Below are positions 1 to 13,105 of a DNA stretch of 64,000 nucleotides, one piece after another; position 1 is the first letter of the stretch; each line of letters starts with the position of its first letter. Origin of the DNA: Rhina ancylostomus (lineage: Eukaryota); assembly GCA_030265395.1 (NCBI GenBank), contig JARFYF010000029.1, positions 30,675,979 to 30,739,978 on the forward strand. The letters run 5' to 3'. A model generated the notes under the pieces. It made no database searches, was not told the origin of the DNA, and saw only the letters and a program-made list of their open reading frames with translations. Position numbers and translations under genes: made by a program.

Positions 1-439
1 ATGCATTTAGTATTAAGCATCCTCTGTGGGTGGGTTAATGAAAATGGTAATAGGATGGCAACACCTAACTAGAGTTATAAAGTCATATGCATGGAAAATA
101 GTGTTACCAGCAAAAAGGACCATGGAAGCAGTTTAAAAGCATAAATGAAATTGTCTTGGGTTGCAAGTGTGAATAGTCGAGAAATCTGACTGATAAAGGA
201 ATTTCATATATAGAAAACAATATCCATTAATAATCATCTGAAAAAGGTTTTGCGTGCCATAGTAATTGGGCCAACATAGAAAAAAAAATTCCTTTTTGTT
301 GCCAAAACTCCAATGTTAGCCTTGCACTAATACGGCCTACATTCTACGTGTGTAAAAGGAGTTTCTAACAAGATAACAATAGTTGAGTGAGACATGCTGA
401 GCAAACTCGCCTTATGTGTAAGACTTAATATTTTAGAAC

Positions 440-1720
440 AGAAGTACATGACCCTCAAGTGTGATCCACCATTCAGTAAGATCATGACTGATCTAATCTT
501 GACCTATTCTCTCCCATGCCTCTTGAATTCTTTATAATTCAATGTCTGTTATCCTTTGCAATGAAAATAATCAATGACTCTGCATCCACAGCAATTCCAA
601 TGAATCATGAGCTTTTGAGAGAAGAAATTTCTCATCATCTCTGTCTTAAATCGACAATCCCTTATTGAGAAACAGTGTTCCTTAATTCTAGGTACTGCAC
701 TAGTGGAAATATCCACTGACCGTCCACCCTGTCAACCCCCTCAGATTCTTATATATTTCAATAAATCACCTTTCATTCCTCTGTAATCCAATGAGTACTG
801 GCCCAAATGCTCAGCCTCTTTTTATACATCAACCTCTTCATCCCAGGAATCAATCAGCATTGCCTCAAATGCAAGCCATCATTCCTTAAACATGGAGACC
901 AGTATGTTCCATGTGATCACAACAGTGCCCTGCAATTTTGCATCAAAACTTCCCTACTTTTACACTTGATACCCCTTGCAATAAAGACCAACTTTTTTTC
1001 CTAATTGCTTGCTGTATCTGCTTGCCAACCCTTTGTGTTTCATGCACTAACACCCTCAGATCCCTTTTGTACTGTAACATTTTGTGGCCTCATTTCATTT
1101 GCTTTATCATTCTTCGTTCCAATATGCAAATATTCCAACCGTCAACTTCTTGCCTGCTCACTTAATCTGTGTCCTCATAGTCTTCTAACATAGCTATTTT
1201 TGCATCATCATCAAATTTGGTACAGTACACTAGTTCCTTCATCAAAATCATTAAAATAGATTGTAATTAGTTGAGGCCCCAGTACTGTTCCCATGACGCC
1301 CCACTAGTTGCTGAAGGTCAATCCAAAAATGACCCATTTATCCTGATTCTCTGCTTTCTGCTCATTAGCCAATCCCCTATCCACACCAATATACACTACT
1401 CAATCTTGTGTGTTCATATCTCGTGCAGTAATCTTTTTTGTCCAATCTATGTGATGAATTAAATCAATCATAATCATTGCAGTACCTTTCTTGCAAGTCT
1501 CCATAAATCTTGATTTATACAGAAGTTTAGCTGATATTGGGAGTCCACACACGAATCTCACCAGGGTACAACTTACCCTTAGTAATTCTTATCTCTGCCC
1601 AAAAGCGATTCTACATGTGTTTCTGAGCTGAAATCATGCCTCACCACCACAGTGATCTCGCGCGTTATCTGAAGAGCTCCTTCACCTCTTTTCCTTTTCT
1701 GATTACCTTTCTCAAATTCC
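440..1720 (-). mobile_element. degraded CR1-like LINE (3' end and RT remnant)
   Basis: Reverse-complement CR1-type 3' UTR motif (ccattcagtaagatcatgactgatct) and RT remnants (catcatcaaatttg, ttgaggccccagtactg); boundaries approximate. Confidence 0.7.
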
Positions 1721-1808
1721 AATTTTTTGCTTGTATTTTAGAATAATATTATTTCTTCTTTATGTGTAGAATTAAAAGTTTTGATTTTTCTTTTCTATCG
1801 TGTTTTAG

Positions 1809-1916
1809 ATTGATTAAACATGGTGGAGACTGCTTTCTGCCTGAAAGTTGCCCATGCAGCTGGAAAGGGCAGGAATATTTGCCTGGAGAAGTGGTTTCCA
1901 CACTCTGTTACACTTG
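1809..1916 (+). CDS. OTOGL: otogelin-like exon, end of TIL / start of E module
   Basis: ttttag|A TTG..LIKHGGDCFLPESCPCSWKGQEYLPGEVVSTLCYT..TG|gtatgt; phase 2-2. Confidence 0.9.
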
Positions 1917-2930
1917 GTATGTGAAAATCTGTTTTATGAAATTAAACTGGATTATCAATTGGTGCATTTTCCTCAAACATTTATTTGTGGTGATATTATC
2001 TTTTTGAAATTTTTTTTCACCAACATACAAATCACCAGTTTGAAATACAATTTTCTGATTCTATTTGCAATAAAACTCTGACAATCCAACACCCTCAAGA
2101 CTTTAGTGCTGCTGAACTAGCAGTTTTTCCAGACTATTAGAAGTTACTTTTATTTCCCAGTATACTCTTATTTTATTTTTTCCTTGCGTGCTTCACAGCA
2201 GTATAATACATTTTCCAGTGAACCGGGTGAGTTTAAAGGGAGTGACAAACCAAGCCCCAGTGAAGGTGGCAGAACCTGGTGAGTTTCAGCTCTTCAGCTT
2301 GCACTCCAGACCCTGACTCTAGCCACTCACCTGACCTACACTTTGGACACCGGCACCCACCACACACAAGTTCCTGACTCCCGGTGTCCTCAAATGTGAC
2401 TCCAGCTGCACACCTTGGCTTAATACATGATCAACCTCGTGAGAATCTGTGGATGAAGGGTCTGTAGATAACAAGGACTTAGAGTATTAAGGAGTGAGCT
2501 AGATACTGAGCCATTGGGATGTATGAACAATCTGATACTGGATCACTGGAGTTTTACTGTAATCGGTTACAAATCATTGAATGGTTTCTGCCCTTCGATG
2601 ACTCTATTGCCATTTTCTTTTGCAAAAGATTTTCTCAGCAAAGGTCTGGCTGGTAAATAGAGCTGTCTGCATACTCTTGAAAACAGTGACAGGGAGTTGT
2701 CTGCTTCTTATTTCACAGGTTGTGTAATTGTGAGTCTTGTCCTGCAAATTCTGTTGGTGGTCCATTGACCAGTTTAATTGGTGATGATTTGTTCTGGTAA
2801 CCTGCATAGCTCTGAATTTATTTACAATGCTCATTCAAAATTTACTGGTTCTATTAATTCTAGTAGTTTTTCCATTAATTGAAAAAAAGTTGCCGCTTAG
2901 TCTAACTTTAATGATACTTTCCTTCCTTAG

Positions 2931-3069
2931 TATATGTCAGCGAGGAGTTTTTAACTGCTCATACCACCCATGTCCTGCAGTGTGCACCATCTACAGTGAT
3001 CGGCATTATCGTAGTTTTGATGGCCTGGAGTATGATTATGTCAGTGACTGCCAGGTATACTTAGTAAAG
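2931..3069 (+). CDS. OTOGL: otogelin-like exon, start of VWD domain
   Basis: ccttag|T..ICQRGVFNCSYHPCPAVCTIYSDRHYRSFDGLEYDYVSDCQVYLVK|gtaagg. Confidence 0.92.
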
Positions 3070-4089
3070 GTAAGGAGTTTTTCAATATTAGGTGCTCTAG
3101 TCAGCTCATACCTGAAACACAATGTCTGGTTGGGGGGATGTTCAAGCTCTGGAGCTGATGGAGATCGCTGGACAGAGAGGTTTAATCTGTAGGAAAAGAA
3201 TGGAAATAATTAATGTTTTTTGCATTGAGAGGAGGATAATGAGAGAAATTCTTGTAAGGGCAAATAAGATGAATCCAATTAATGATGTAATCTTAGAGAT
3301 GTTTCCGTTGTAAATGATTCTTTTAAGGTTGATTTTTTTTTCTGAGTCCATTAGATCAGTTAAACACCAATTGTAGTATTCTCATAAGACACCAGTGAAA
3401 CAATATTTCTTTTCTTGCTGAGAGTCTGATGCAAATCTTAAATTAAGAGATAAAATTACAATGTCTGAGTTGCAGCTTTGCCAAGAAAGTATTAAAAACT
3501 AAATGAAAGAGTGTGATGAATGGGACTTGGGCACATTCCCTGGAATTCTGGGATTTTGGTTTGATAGTAAAATTATTTTACTGGATTTATGTTTCCCATG
3601 AATGCCACTTTATTCCAATAACTTCAAAAATCCCAACTTACTTCCTTAAATATTTTTCAATCTTGCTTCATCTTGTGGATTAAAACACTTTTTAATGAAA
3701 AAAATGGCACAGGAATTTGATGGAAAATAAGATTTGAAGCACTGTTAGTGAAATTCTGAACAATTGGTGCTTTGTACAGTGAAATAATGTTGCTCTCAAG
3801 GGAGAAAAGCTTGATCAACTCAACTGGTGAGGTTGCACTCAAAATCCAAATTGAGGATGGATGCTCTGAGGCAAAGCAAGTGTGACTGTACACTAAACAC
3901 AATAATTCTAAACAGAACAATAAGACAGCAGAAAGTAAACTAAATAAAGAAAAATAAGATTAACAGGAAGGATATAGAAAATTAAATTCAAAATGTTTAA
4001 AAAAAATGATTGGAGAGACAAAAGTGTAAGCATTGTGACAGAAGTCAAATGCAAATTAGTCCTATTCATTATCAAGTTATTAATTTTAT

Positions 4090-5280
4090 AAATGTACTGT
4101 AAGAGCAACAAAATATATTGATGAGGACAGTGCAGTTGATGTAGTCTACATGGAGTTCAGTAAGGCCTTTGACAAGATCCCGCATGGAAGGATGTTCCAA
4201 AAAGTTAGAGCCCATGGGATCCAAGGCAAGTTGCCAAAATGGATGCAAAGTTGGTTTGGCAATGGGATACGGAGTGTTATGGTGGAGAGTTGCTTTAGTA
4301 ATTGGAAGCCTGAGACTAGTGGTGTACCACAGGGATTGGTGCTGGGACCATTGCTGTTTGTCATATACATTAATGATTTGGATATAAATACAGGAGATAT
4401 GATTAGTAAGTTTGCAAATGACACAAAAATTGATGATGATGTTCATGGTAAGGAAGATTGTCTTAACACAGAATGATAACATTCAGCAAGTAAATTAGGC
4501 AAAGCGGTCACGGACAGAATGTAATCCTGATAAGTGTGAAGTGATGTATTTTGGGAAGTCTAAGAGGGGCTAGATATACACCATGAATAGGAACCTTGGA
4601 GTACATGTCCTTAGATCCCTAAAGCTGACAGCACAGGTAGAAAAGATGGTGGAGAAGGCATATAGGTCGCCGCCCTTCATCAACCAGGGCATACACTATA
4701 AGAGCAGGAAGGTCATGGTACAACTTTATAAAACTTTGATTAGGCCACACCTGGAACATGTCTGCTTCTGGTCACCGTGCTACTGGAAGGATGTGAATGC
4801 AGAAAGAACTCGCCAGGATGTTGCCTGGGATGGAATGTTTCAGTTACGAGGAGAGACGGGAGAGGCTGGAACAAAAACAAACTGCTGGAGAAGCTCAAGA
4901 GGTTAAACAGTTTCTGGTGGGGTGGGGAGGGGGGAAGGGATTGTCGACATTTTGGGTTGACACTCTGCATTAGGACCCTTTATCGTAACAAACATCTAAA
5001 ACGAGAGCGTGGGTTTAAAGTGAGGAGTAAGAGGGTTAGAGGAAAAAAATTCACCCAGTGGCTTGTTGCAATCTGGGACATGCTGCTTGAGAAAGTAGTG
5101 GGGTAGGTACTCTCACAGCATTTTACAAAGTAGGTGGATGAGCACTTGAATTGTCAAAGCATGGAAGACTGGAGACCGTGCTCATAGATGGGATTATTAT
5201 GTAGATAGGTACTTGATGACCAGCATAGATATGGTGGGCTGAAGGGCCTGTTTCTGAGCTGTATGACTCTATGACTGACT
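4090..5280 (+). mobile_element. CR1 LINE 3' portion with reverse transcriptase remnant
   Basis: ORF 4150..4476 FSKAFDKIPH..GVPQGLVLGPLLFVIYINDLD..SKFANDTK; ORF 4583 LYKTLIRPHLE; short-repeat tail ctgtatgactctatgactgactg; MITE fragment inserted at ~4873-4980. Confidence 0.9.
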
Positions 5281-5419
5281 GTAGCTGTAATCATATGCAG
5301 TATGACTGCAGGTGTATAGGACATTAGCTGAGTCACTGGGAGGCAGTTCAATTTCGTGGAGTTACTTAAGCCCCTTTTAATAACCTTTGGTTGGTCATCG
5401 GGAAAGTAGATGGGATTGA

Positions 5420-5491
5420 CAGAGTATTTGTGCATGATATTGTATCACAGCAGATCAGAGTATTTGTGCACGATATTGTATCACAGCAGAT
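5420..5491. repeat. 36-bp tandem duplication (2 copies, 1 mismatch)
   Basis: cagagtatttgtgca(t/c)gatattgtatcacagcagat x2. Confidence 0.9.
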
Positions 5492-8400
5492 CTCTTAACG
5501 AAATGCCGCTGTTTCTAATGCTTCTGAAGGTTTCCTGAAGCCTTAAACTTTTAGATCAATCGTGAGAATGTTCATATTTGAAATAATCTTTCAGTTTTAG
5601 TTCACTAGAGGTTAAATTAGCCATGAAACTTTAATAAAATCATGCTGTACTTCTGTCATTTATCTTGAATTAGCAGAAATAAACTGGAATTAAAGTTGAG
5701 ATTTGTCTTTCAACAGCAAGGCAGATTAAATTTGATCATGCAATCAAGTCTATCATTGCATTTGTTAATTTCAACAATTCAAAGTATTTACTTTTGTGAG
5801 TAATTTTATAAAATAAGCTGGGATATTACCCAAGGGTGCATGGTAAAGTCAGTGAATTCTAACCTGAGAAATGGAATTNNNNNNNNNNNNNNNNNNNNNN
5901 NNNNNNNNNNNNNNNNNNNNNNNNNNNNNNTACTTTCTATTGGCTTATTTTCAGAGTAAATTAACATTATTAACAAGGAAAATTGTGAAGAATCTTTAGG
6001 ATAAAACAACTAAACTATTCCATAGTTTGTGTTGCTTGCACAGCCATTGATGAAAGTCAGGAAACCCCATTGCATTCATTAATTTTCACTGAAAGAGAGC
6101 TTTGTTTTTAGCCATGTGTGCAATGTGGTCTTGTTAAGTGGTCTGTAAACCTAACATTATTGAACTTCTTCAGTTGCTGGAATATTCCCGTAACAGCAAA
6201 GATCATTGAGAAACTGTATTAAGAACATTACAGACAGTTGTTCAAAGTTATAATTATTAGAAGAAATATGATGCAAATATATGAGCTACATTTTCATGCT
6301 TTATGTTACAATCCATAGTTTCTTTAGAAATTCAAAATAAGCAAAAATTGCCTCAACTTAATCACAATGGTGAAAAATTTCACTTCAAAATATGCATGCA
6401 TGAACATCTAGGGAGAACAATTATTCTGTACAAGTTACTATAGACCTGGACTTATAGCCAATACATTTCTCACTGAATTTAATTATATATGAATGTTTCT
6501 AGTGAGGAAAATTTAGACCAGAAGATGCTTCCAATGTTGGACCCATTTTGCTAAAGTCAGGTTGACTGTCATTCATCAACAAAACATTTAGGAGATACAA
6601 TGGGGAAAATGCCAATTTTTATACTTGCCCCCAAAAAGTCAAATCAGAGACAGACAATCTGCAGTTGCTCTGAATAAAGATAAATAAAGAGAAATGTTTA
6701 AATATTTGCAATGAAAACTGGAAAAGAATTTAAAGGCTGCCTAAAAAGTTGGTGCAAATTTGGTGAACAAGTACAATTGCATCAGAGACCAATAGCATTT
6801 GAGAGCAATTGAATTTTAAAAAAAGTTCAGGTGGCAGGCACAGGTAAATCTATATGTATCTGGGCTTAAATTGCATTAGTCGTTTTTCAACTGAAAATCC
6901 ATGACAGAAAATACAGAAAACCTAAAAATCTGCAACAAAAATGACCATTATCATCAGTCAGTTCTATCTCAACAGTGTAATATACTGAAGGTAATTTTAA
7001 TGTTATTTGCCAGGTAAAATGTGGATGGTTACAAATCAACCAGCAATAACCATTCAAATTACTCACATAATGTAATGTGTTACAAAATAATTTCTATTAT
7101 AATAAAAGATCATAGATTTAAACCATAACATTTGATCAGCCTGTAAAATCGCAGGTGTCATGCTTGTATATTCAAATAGATTGGAATGACTCAATGGAAC
7201 TTGTGAGTAGTGCATCTAGAATCTTCACATATAAGCAGGCTGCATTTGAGACTGACCATTATATGGGGTCTTGCAAAATCTTCCATCCCATTGAGTAATC
7301 TGCCAGTGATCTGCTCCATCAGTGCAGGTTTATGTTTGGAGTTGGTAGCAACATTCTTTTACATTGTGCTCATATAGAGCAATGTTGCGTACATAAAACG
7401 TACTTTGCCACCAGATTGCACATTTATATCATATATTCTCATATTTTTGAAGTTTTCTTACAAACAGGAGTACATCTGGTCCACTGAGTCCATGTCAGCA
7501 CTCCTCTTCTTATCTCCCCTCAACCTATTCTCTCTCTCATGCTCATCAACCTCGCCCCCCCTCCTCCTAGTTCTGCCATCTACCTACATTAATAGAAAGT
7601 TACAGTAGCTAATAACTTACCAGTATGTGTTTGGGATTTTGCATTCACTGGAATATGACAAGTTAATTATTCAGAACTGAAACTCCGGAGTTTTGCTTTA
7701 TTGAAGTTATCAGTGTCAACTGGTCTCTTTGTCTAATGGAGTTTCTCAAGATCTTTATTTGTTTAGGTTCTTATAATGATAATTTGAGGAATTAATTAGT
7801 TAAAAATATGATGGGCAATTACTTAGATTCCTGACATCCCATGGTATGACCAGAGTAGGATCTCTTGACCCACAGGATTACTTTTCCAATACATGATTGT
7901 CAGACCTATCATTGATATCTACTTGCCTAGTGTTTGAGGCTCAGGAGGAATGAAAGCCAAATGCAAAGTAACATTATGCAAATCACAGTAACCACTCAAC
8001 GAATAAAAACCATCGAGAAAATGTATATTGATATCAATAGGCCAGGCAATGTTGTAAGTGGGGTATGAACTTGCAACAGGTATACTTTACAGATCTTTAA
8101 GGAAGTACCAAAGCCAGCAGTTGATTTACACAGTATCTATTTTAAAATCAGAACTCATGCATGAACATAAGAGTTTATACTGAAACAAGTGTGGTGAATT
8201 CTGCAGTGAATAGAGAATTATGCAAATTATGCAGGCAGAATCAATCCCAGTCATGAGCAGTGGTGAGACTGACAGGAGTATTAATGGTGTTGCCATATAA
8301 AATCTATCTCTGATCTTTCGATACTTCTGAATTCAGTGAAGGAAAAGGGAAGGATGACTAGACTGCAGGTAGTGGTGCAAATGCCCCACCCTCGAACACC

Positions 8401-8604
8401 ACTGAAAGACTTTGACAGGACGCAAAGTTTAAGGTAGAACTTTGTCATTGTCACTGTAGTCGAGGATATTAAGTTTTTGTATGTCTCTGATAGTGACATA
8501 CAAAACCTATTGAATTAAATGATTTTAAAAAATAATTGTTAAAACATTTAAAAGCACAAAAGATAATGTTAACTAAAATATTAAATCAATTAGAAATAAT
8601 TAAC

Positions 8605-8880
8605 ATGCATATGAATTAGGAGCAGGAGTAGGTCATCTGGCCTCTCAAACTTGCTCGGTTGTTTAATAAAATCATGGCTGATTTGCCTGCAACGTTCACA
8701 TTCCTGACTACCCTCTCACCCCTTGCTTATCAAGAATTTCTCTCCTTTGCTTTAAGGATATTCAGACTTTGTTTCCACCACCCTTTGAGGAAGAAAACTC
8801 TAAAGACTTGCAGGACCCTGAGAGAGAAAAAAAGTGTGATCTCTGTCTTAACTGAGCAATGCCTTATTTTTAAACAATGG
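8605..8880 (-). mobile_element. CR1 LINE 3' end fragment
   Basis: aggagcaggagtaggtcat..aaatcatggctgat motif shared with other copies in the window. Confidence 0.7.
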
Positions 8881-10942
8881 AACTGAAGCAGAGTAATTAC
8901 CAATCAACAAGGCTACAGACCACGACACAAAGTCTGACCCAGCTCAAGAGCTGAGTGGTGATCTTCCAGGGTAATGCTGGTGAATCCGAGCAAGACTCTG
9001 TAAATCCTAGAATTCTACATTCAACAGTGCAGGCAAGGGAAGTCTAAGTCATACTGAAATTTCAGTGGCTGAAAGCCAGCAGTTCCAATAGGAATCACCA
9101 ACTCGAGCCAGCAAGGTTTGCCTTAGTGTAGCAACACATAGTATATTCTAGCAGCTGGTGTACAGTGTTAAGCTTTCCTGCTATGATCCTGTGACATTCT
9201 AGTCATTGGCAGATTAAGGACAGTTTATGGGATTAACTGGTGAAGGCAGGCAGCATAAAATATCTACAGAAACCCCAAGAGCATGTCAAAGTACTTAGCT
9301 CTTATTCCTGTTTTTGTTGCTCTTCTCCCACTTTAAAGTCCTTAGCACCGGAATCAGGGAAATATGTAACATGCTCTCAGTTCTCTGCCAGGACTGTTCT
9401 ACTGCCTATTAATTAGGACTTGAATAAAAGTGGGTCAGACACATTATCTCCATGATTTCTTATCTCCCTCAGCTGTTGGACTGTACTTAGACTTTGCCCT
9501 TCACCTTCCGATAACCTGGGTGTGAATGAGATTCAGTGATGGAATTTTGTCATATAGTTAACCAGCAGATTAGCACGTAGCAATACACATGCTCTTACAA
9601 TTTCTTGATCTGTTATTTTGTTTGAATATTAATGATTGTTTAACAGAATTGTAGAATTTTCATAAAATTTCTAATTCTGAAATACAAATTATGAGGAAAA
9701 AGCAATAAAAACCAGAACTTTTCCGATCTTGCTGCAGTCTAGGATAAATTGTATCATTCAGAAATAGATACCTGCACATTTTCAAAGCTTTAATCTTGGG
9801 AAAATCAGAGGCATTTTTAATTAGAACGGGATTGTGGTAATGTAACCCCATGAAATGTCAAATCCAATGGATAAACAGGTCAAAGTTAAGAAAAGACAAC
9901 AAAGGGCAACTTGTTTCAGTAATTTTATGCTTTCTGTTTCCAAGAGCTACACTCATTGTGGAGGTTTCTATTTAGTATCTTTTTCTTTGCTAAAGTTTTC
10001 GTATTTCTTTCACTAGATCTACATCTTTTCAAGATTTAACCATAACATTTAAATCTGCTTGAGAGTCCAAAAATGTTTCTTTTTATTAATATTAAGGAAC
10101 AGAGCAAAATTGTTCACAGATCATCTATGATTTCATTCAATGGTAAAACAAGCTGGAGCAAATGGATTTAAAAAAAAGCTTGCAAATTCCGCTTCAGATG
10201 GTTGACTTGCACAGGACAATATCCTTGGCCCAGCCATCTTCAACAAGTTGATTAAATACCTTTTCTCAGTCCTAAGGCTAGGCTGGGCAATTTCAGTGTT
10301 CAACTCTGACAATCTATCTGATAATAAAGCATGCCATGCAAGACTATAATAGCACTTGGACAATGGCCAGAATTGAGCTGATATGTAGTAACAATAGCTT
10401 CACAAATGTCAAAAACCATATAGACCAAAATGCATAAGCATGACAGATTTCCTTTCCTGAAGGACATCAGTGAACCAGGAGGTGGTATTACTTTCCTTTC
10501 AAATAAAAAATAATTGATGGATCAGTGGTTTTGTTATACAGCACAGCTCTGTTCTAGGCCCTCCAATAATGTACTTAAAGCACATGGATTGGATGTAGTG
10601 CGTAATAAATGTTTCACAGTAGGACCACTGTAGCAAAGTTCCAAGTTCTATGGCATCAGGCACTACTGACTGCCTAATGCACACTTTTCTTTGTGCACTG
10701 TGAGGAGCATGAAGAAAAGTACAGCAACTCTGGGACTGGGGATGGATCTGGGAAGTCATGGAGGGGAGAGAGGCACAATAGGCCAGGGCAGTACCTGTGG
10801 CTGGTTGATGTCTGGAGATCTGAGTCTTGAGGGGTAGGCATGGCTGGAGATTGGGTTTCTTTGTGGCGTGGCCAGAAATTGAATCATGCATCAGTGATGG
10901 TCGAGTGATATCGCAAGGCATACTGTTCATGATCAGGTTAAT

Positions 10943-11236
10943 ACGGTAGCATAGTGGTTAGCACGATGCTATTACAGCGCCAGCAACCCAGGTTTGATTC
11001 CTGCCGCTGCCCGTAAGGANNNNNNNNNNNNNNNNNNNNNNNNNNNNNNNNNNNNNNNNNNNNNNNNNNNNNNNNNNNNNNNNNNNNNNNNNNNNNNNNN
11101 NNNNNNNNNNNNNNNNNNNGGGGAGAAGGCAGGAGAATGGGGTTGAGAGAGAAAAATAAATTGGCAGTGATCGAATGGCAGAGCAGACTCGAAGGGCTGA
11201 ATGGCCTAATTCTGCTCCTATGTCTTTGGTCTTATG
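10943..11236 (+). mobile_element. tRNA-derived SINE head, 100-N gap, then CR1-type 3' tail
   Basis: A-box-like tagcatagtggttagc and B-box-like ggtttgattcc; tail gaagggctgaatggcctaattctgctcctatgtct. Confidence 0.75.
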
Positions 11237-12309
11237 GTAATTTTCAAACATGCCAACAAAATTCACCTTGTAACTCGTCCAAAACAGTATTAATATTGCA
11301 GCCTTATGTAGCTGGCTGTTGTTTTACTGTGATACACCATATCTTTACCAGAGAAATTAAATCTGGGAGTAAATCCATCAGTGTGTTGTAACCATGTGTT
11401 GCTTCTGTTGTTTGTGGGCTCTGGCACACAACCCATGACATGTAGTTTTGCTCAATATCTTTCTTTGTATTGTTACTAACACAAAAACCAAGCAGCCACA
11501 TGAGTAGCTAATTTAATAACAAGCAGTTGCAGTTAATTTATCATCGAATCATCTATCTCCTCAAGGAACATTGCATAACTGAGGTGTTGTATGAAGAGTG
11601 CTTTAAGCCAATAATTGCCACTTGGAACCATCCATAGTACGCTGAGGAATTTTGTGCAATACCTTGAGATAAATTTTGGTACAGACAGTTAAACTTCCAA
11701 TCATTCACTGGAAAAATAACCTCAGTACATCCCAGTAAAATGACATGAAAATTAATATAAACTTTTTATGAAAATCTTTCTTGCAGCACTCTAACCTGCT
11801 GCTTTTTCCTGTTTCTAAAAAAAAGTCAATGAAATTAGTTTCTTTCCTGTTGTTTCCAAAATTAATTCCTTCGCATTTTAATGAAGCATTCACTGCATTT
11901 TCTAAGAGGGAGGTGAACCTGAAGAACAGCCCATTGTTCATTAGATGGTATTTGTTTAATCTGAAGAAGTCCATAAAATTGTTTCATAAAATTATAGCAT
12001 CTTTACAAATACCAGTGGAGGTAATTTGGCACATTGAGTAATTGGGTGAGTCTCACTCCCCTTTCTTTCCCCAAGTTCTTTCCTGCAAATATTTTTCCTC
12101 CCAGCATGTATCCAATTACCTTTTGAAAGCCACACCTGAGCCTCCATCCACCAGACTTTCAGATGGTGCACTCCTGATTTCTAGCAGAATTGTAGAATTT
12201 TCATAAAATTTCTAATTTTGGAATACAAATTATGAGGAAAAAGCAATAAAAACCAGATGAATTCTAGACAGTTTGTTATAATGATAACTCTTATTTCAAC
12301 TGTTGACAG

Positions 12310-12429
12310 GGTAAGCTAACAGGATTGTGTGGAAATTTTGACAAAAGTACAGCGAATGACATGACTACATCAAATAACATGGAAGTAAGCAACGCCCAAG
12401 CTTTTGGAGATAGCTGGGCTCTTGGACAG
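12310..12429 (+). CDS. OTOGL: otogelin-like exon, C-terminal part of VWD
   Basis: gacag|[40 protein letters not shown]|gtataa; GLCGNFD is the VWD hallmark; not in ORF track. Confidence 0.92.
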
Positions 12430-12852
12430 GTATAAATGTTAAGGACATTAAATAGAAAGAAATTTTGAGGCAGTCTATAATTTATTATTTTTCAGTTAAT
12501 CACAGTTGTTTTAATCTTTTGGAACTTATTGAAATCAGCAGGCAAACCTCTCAAACTGGTAAAATGTGGAACTGCTATGTGATCTTAGTCTGACTTTATA
12601 ATGTACTATTCAATTCTGTTGCTTTTAGATAAGTAATATTTCCATACCTCAAGGTAAAAAAAAGCTTTTCAATGGAGTTAAACCAACTGTTTCTATTTGT
12701 TCAGCATTATAATCTTGATCTGTCTAAACCGAGGCCTCTGTTACTTTACATTTATAAGCACATGAATTGTTTTCTGGCTCAAACCCTCTTCATTCATCAT
12801 TGCTTTTTCAAAAAAAACAGGGTGGCCAAATGTATTCATTCTCTTTCAAATA

Positions 12853-13105
12853 TAAGATAAGATTTCTTTATTAGTCACATGTACATTGAAACACACAGTG
12901 AAATGCATCTTTTGGGTGGAGTGTTCTGGGGGCAGCATACAAGTGTCGCCCCACTTCTGGCGCCAACCTAGCCTGCCCACAACTTCCTAGCCCATACGTC
13001 TTTGGAATGTGGGAGGAAACCAGAGCACCTGGAGGAAACCCACGCAGACGCGGGTTGCTGGCGCTGTAATAGCATTGTGCTAACTGCTACACTACTGGGC
13101 CTGCC
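12853..13105 (-). mobile_element. V-SINE/HE1-like tRNA-derived SINE
   Basis: Reverse-complement V-domain-like tgtgggaggaaaccagagcacctggaggaaacccacgcagac; head matches the SINE at 10943; ataag tail repeats. Confidence 0.8.

Noticed and set aside
2219-2290. Two gaacc..ggtgagttt donor-like motifs suggesting hidden exons
   Set aside because: The flanking exons already join in frame with no missing residues, and no homologous peptide is encoded.
4150-4476. Reverse transcriptase ORF as a novel RT system
   Set aside because: Ordinary truncated CR1 LINE with frameshifts and a mutated catalytic motif (FANDTK instead of FADDTK).
5420-5491. 36-bp repeats as a CRISPR-like array
   Set aside because: Only two adjacent copies with no spacer in a vertebrate intron; a simple tandem duplication (a similar 24-bp one lies at ~36338-36379).
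10943-11019. tRNA gene
   Set aside because: A/B-box sequence continues into a SINE body and has a second copy at ~13050-13105; it is a SINE head, not a tRNA.
11990-12026. cagtggag|gtaatt resembling the ..QWK| end of a missing VWD exon
   Set aside because: Wrong phase, an in-frame stop just upstream and no WD..TT motif.
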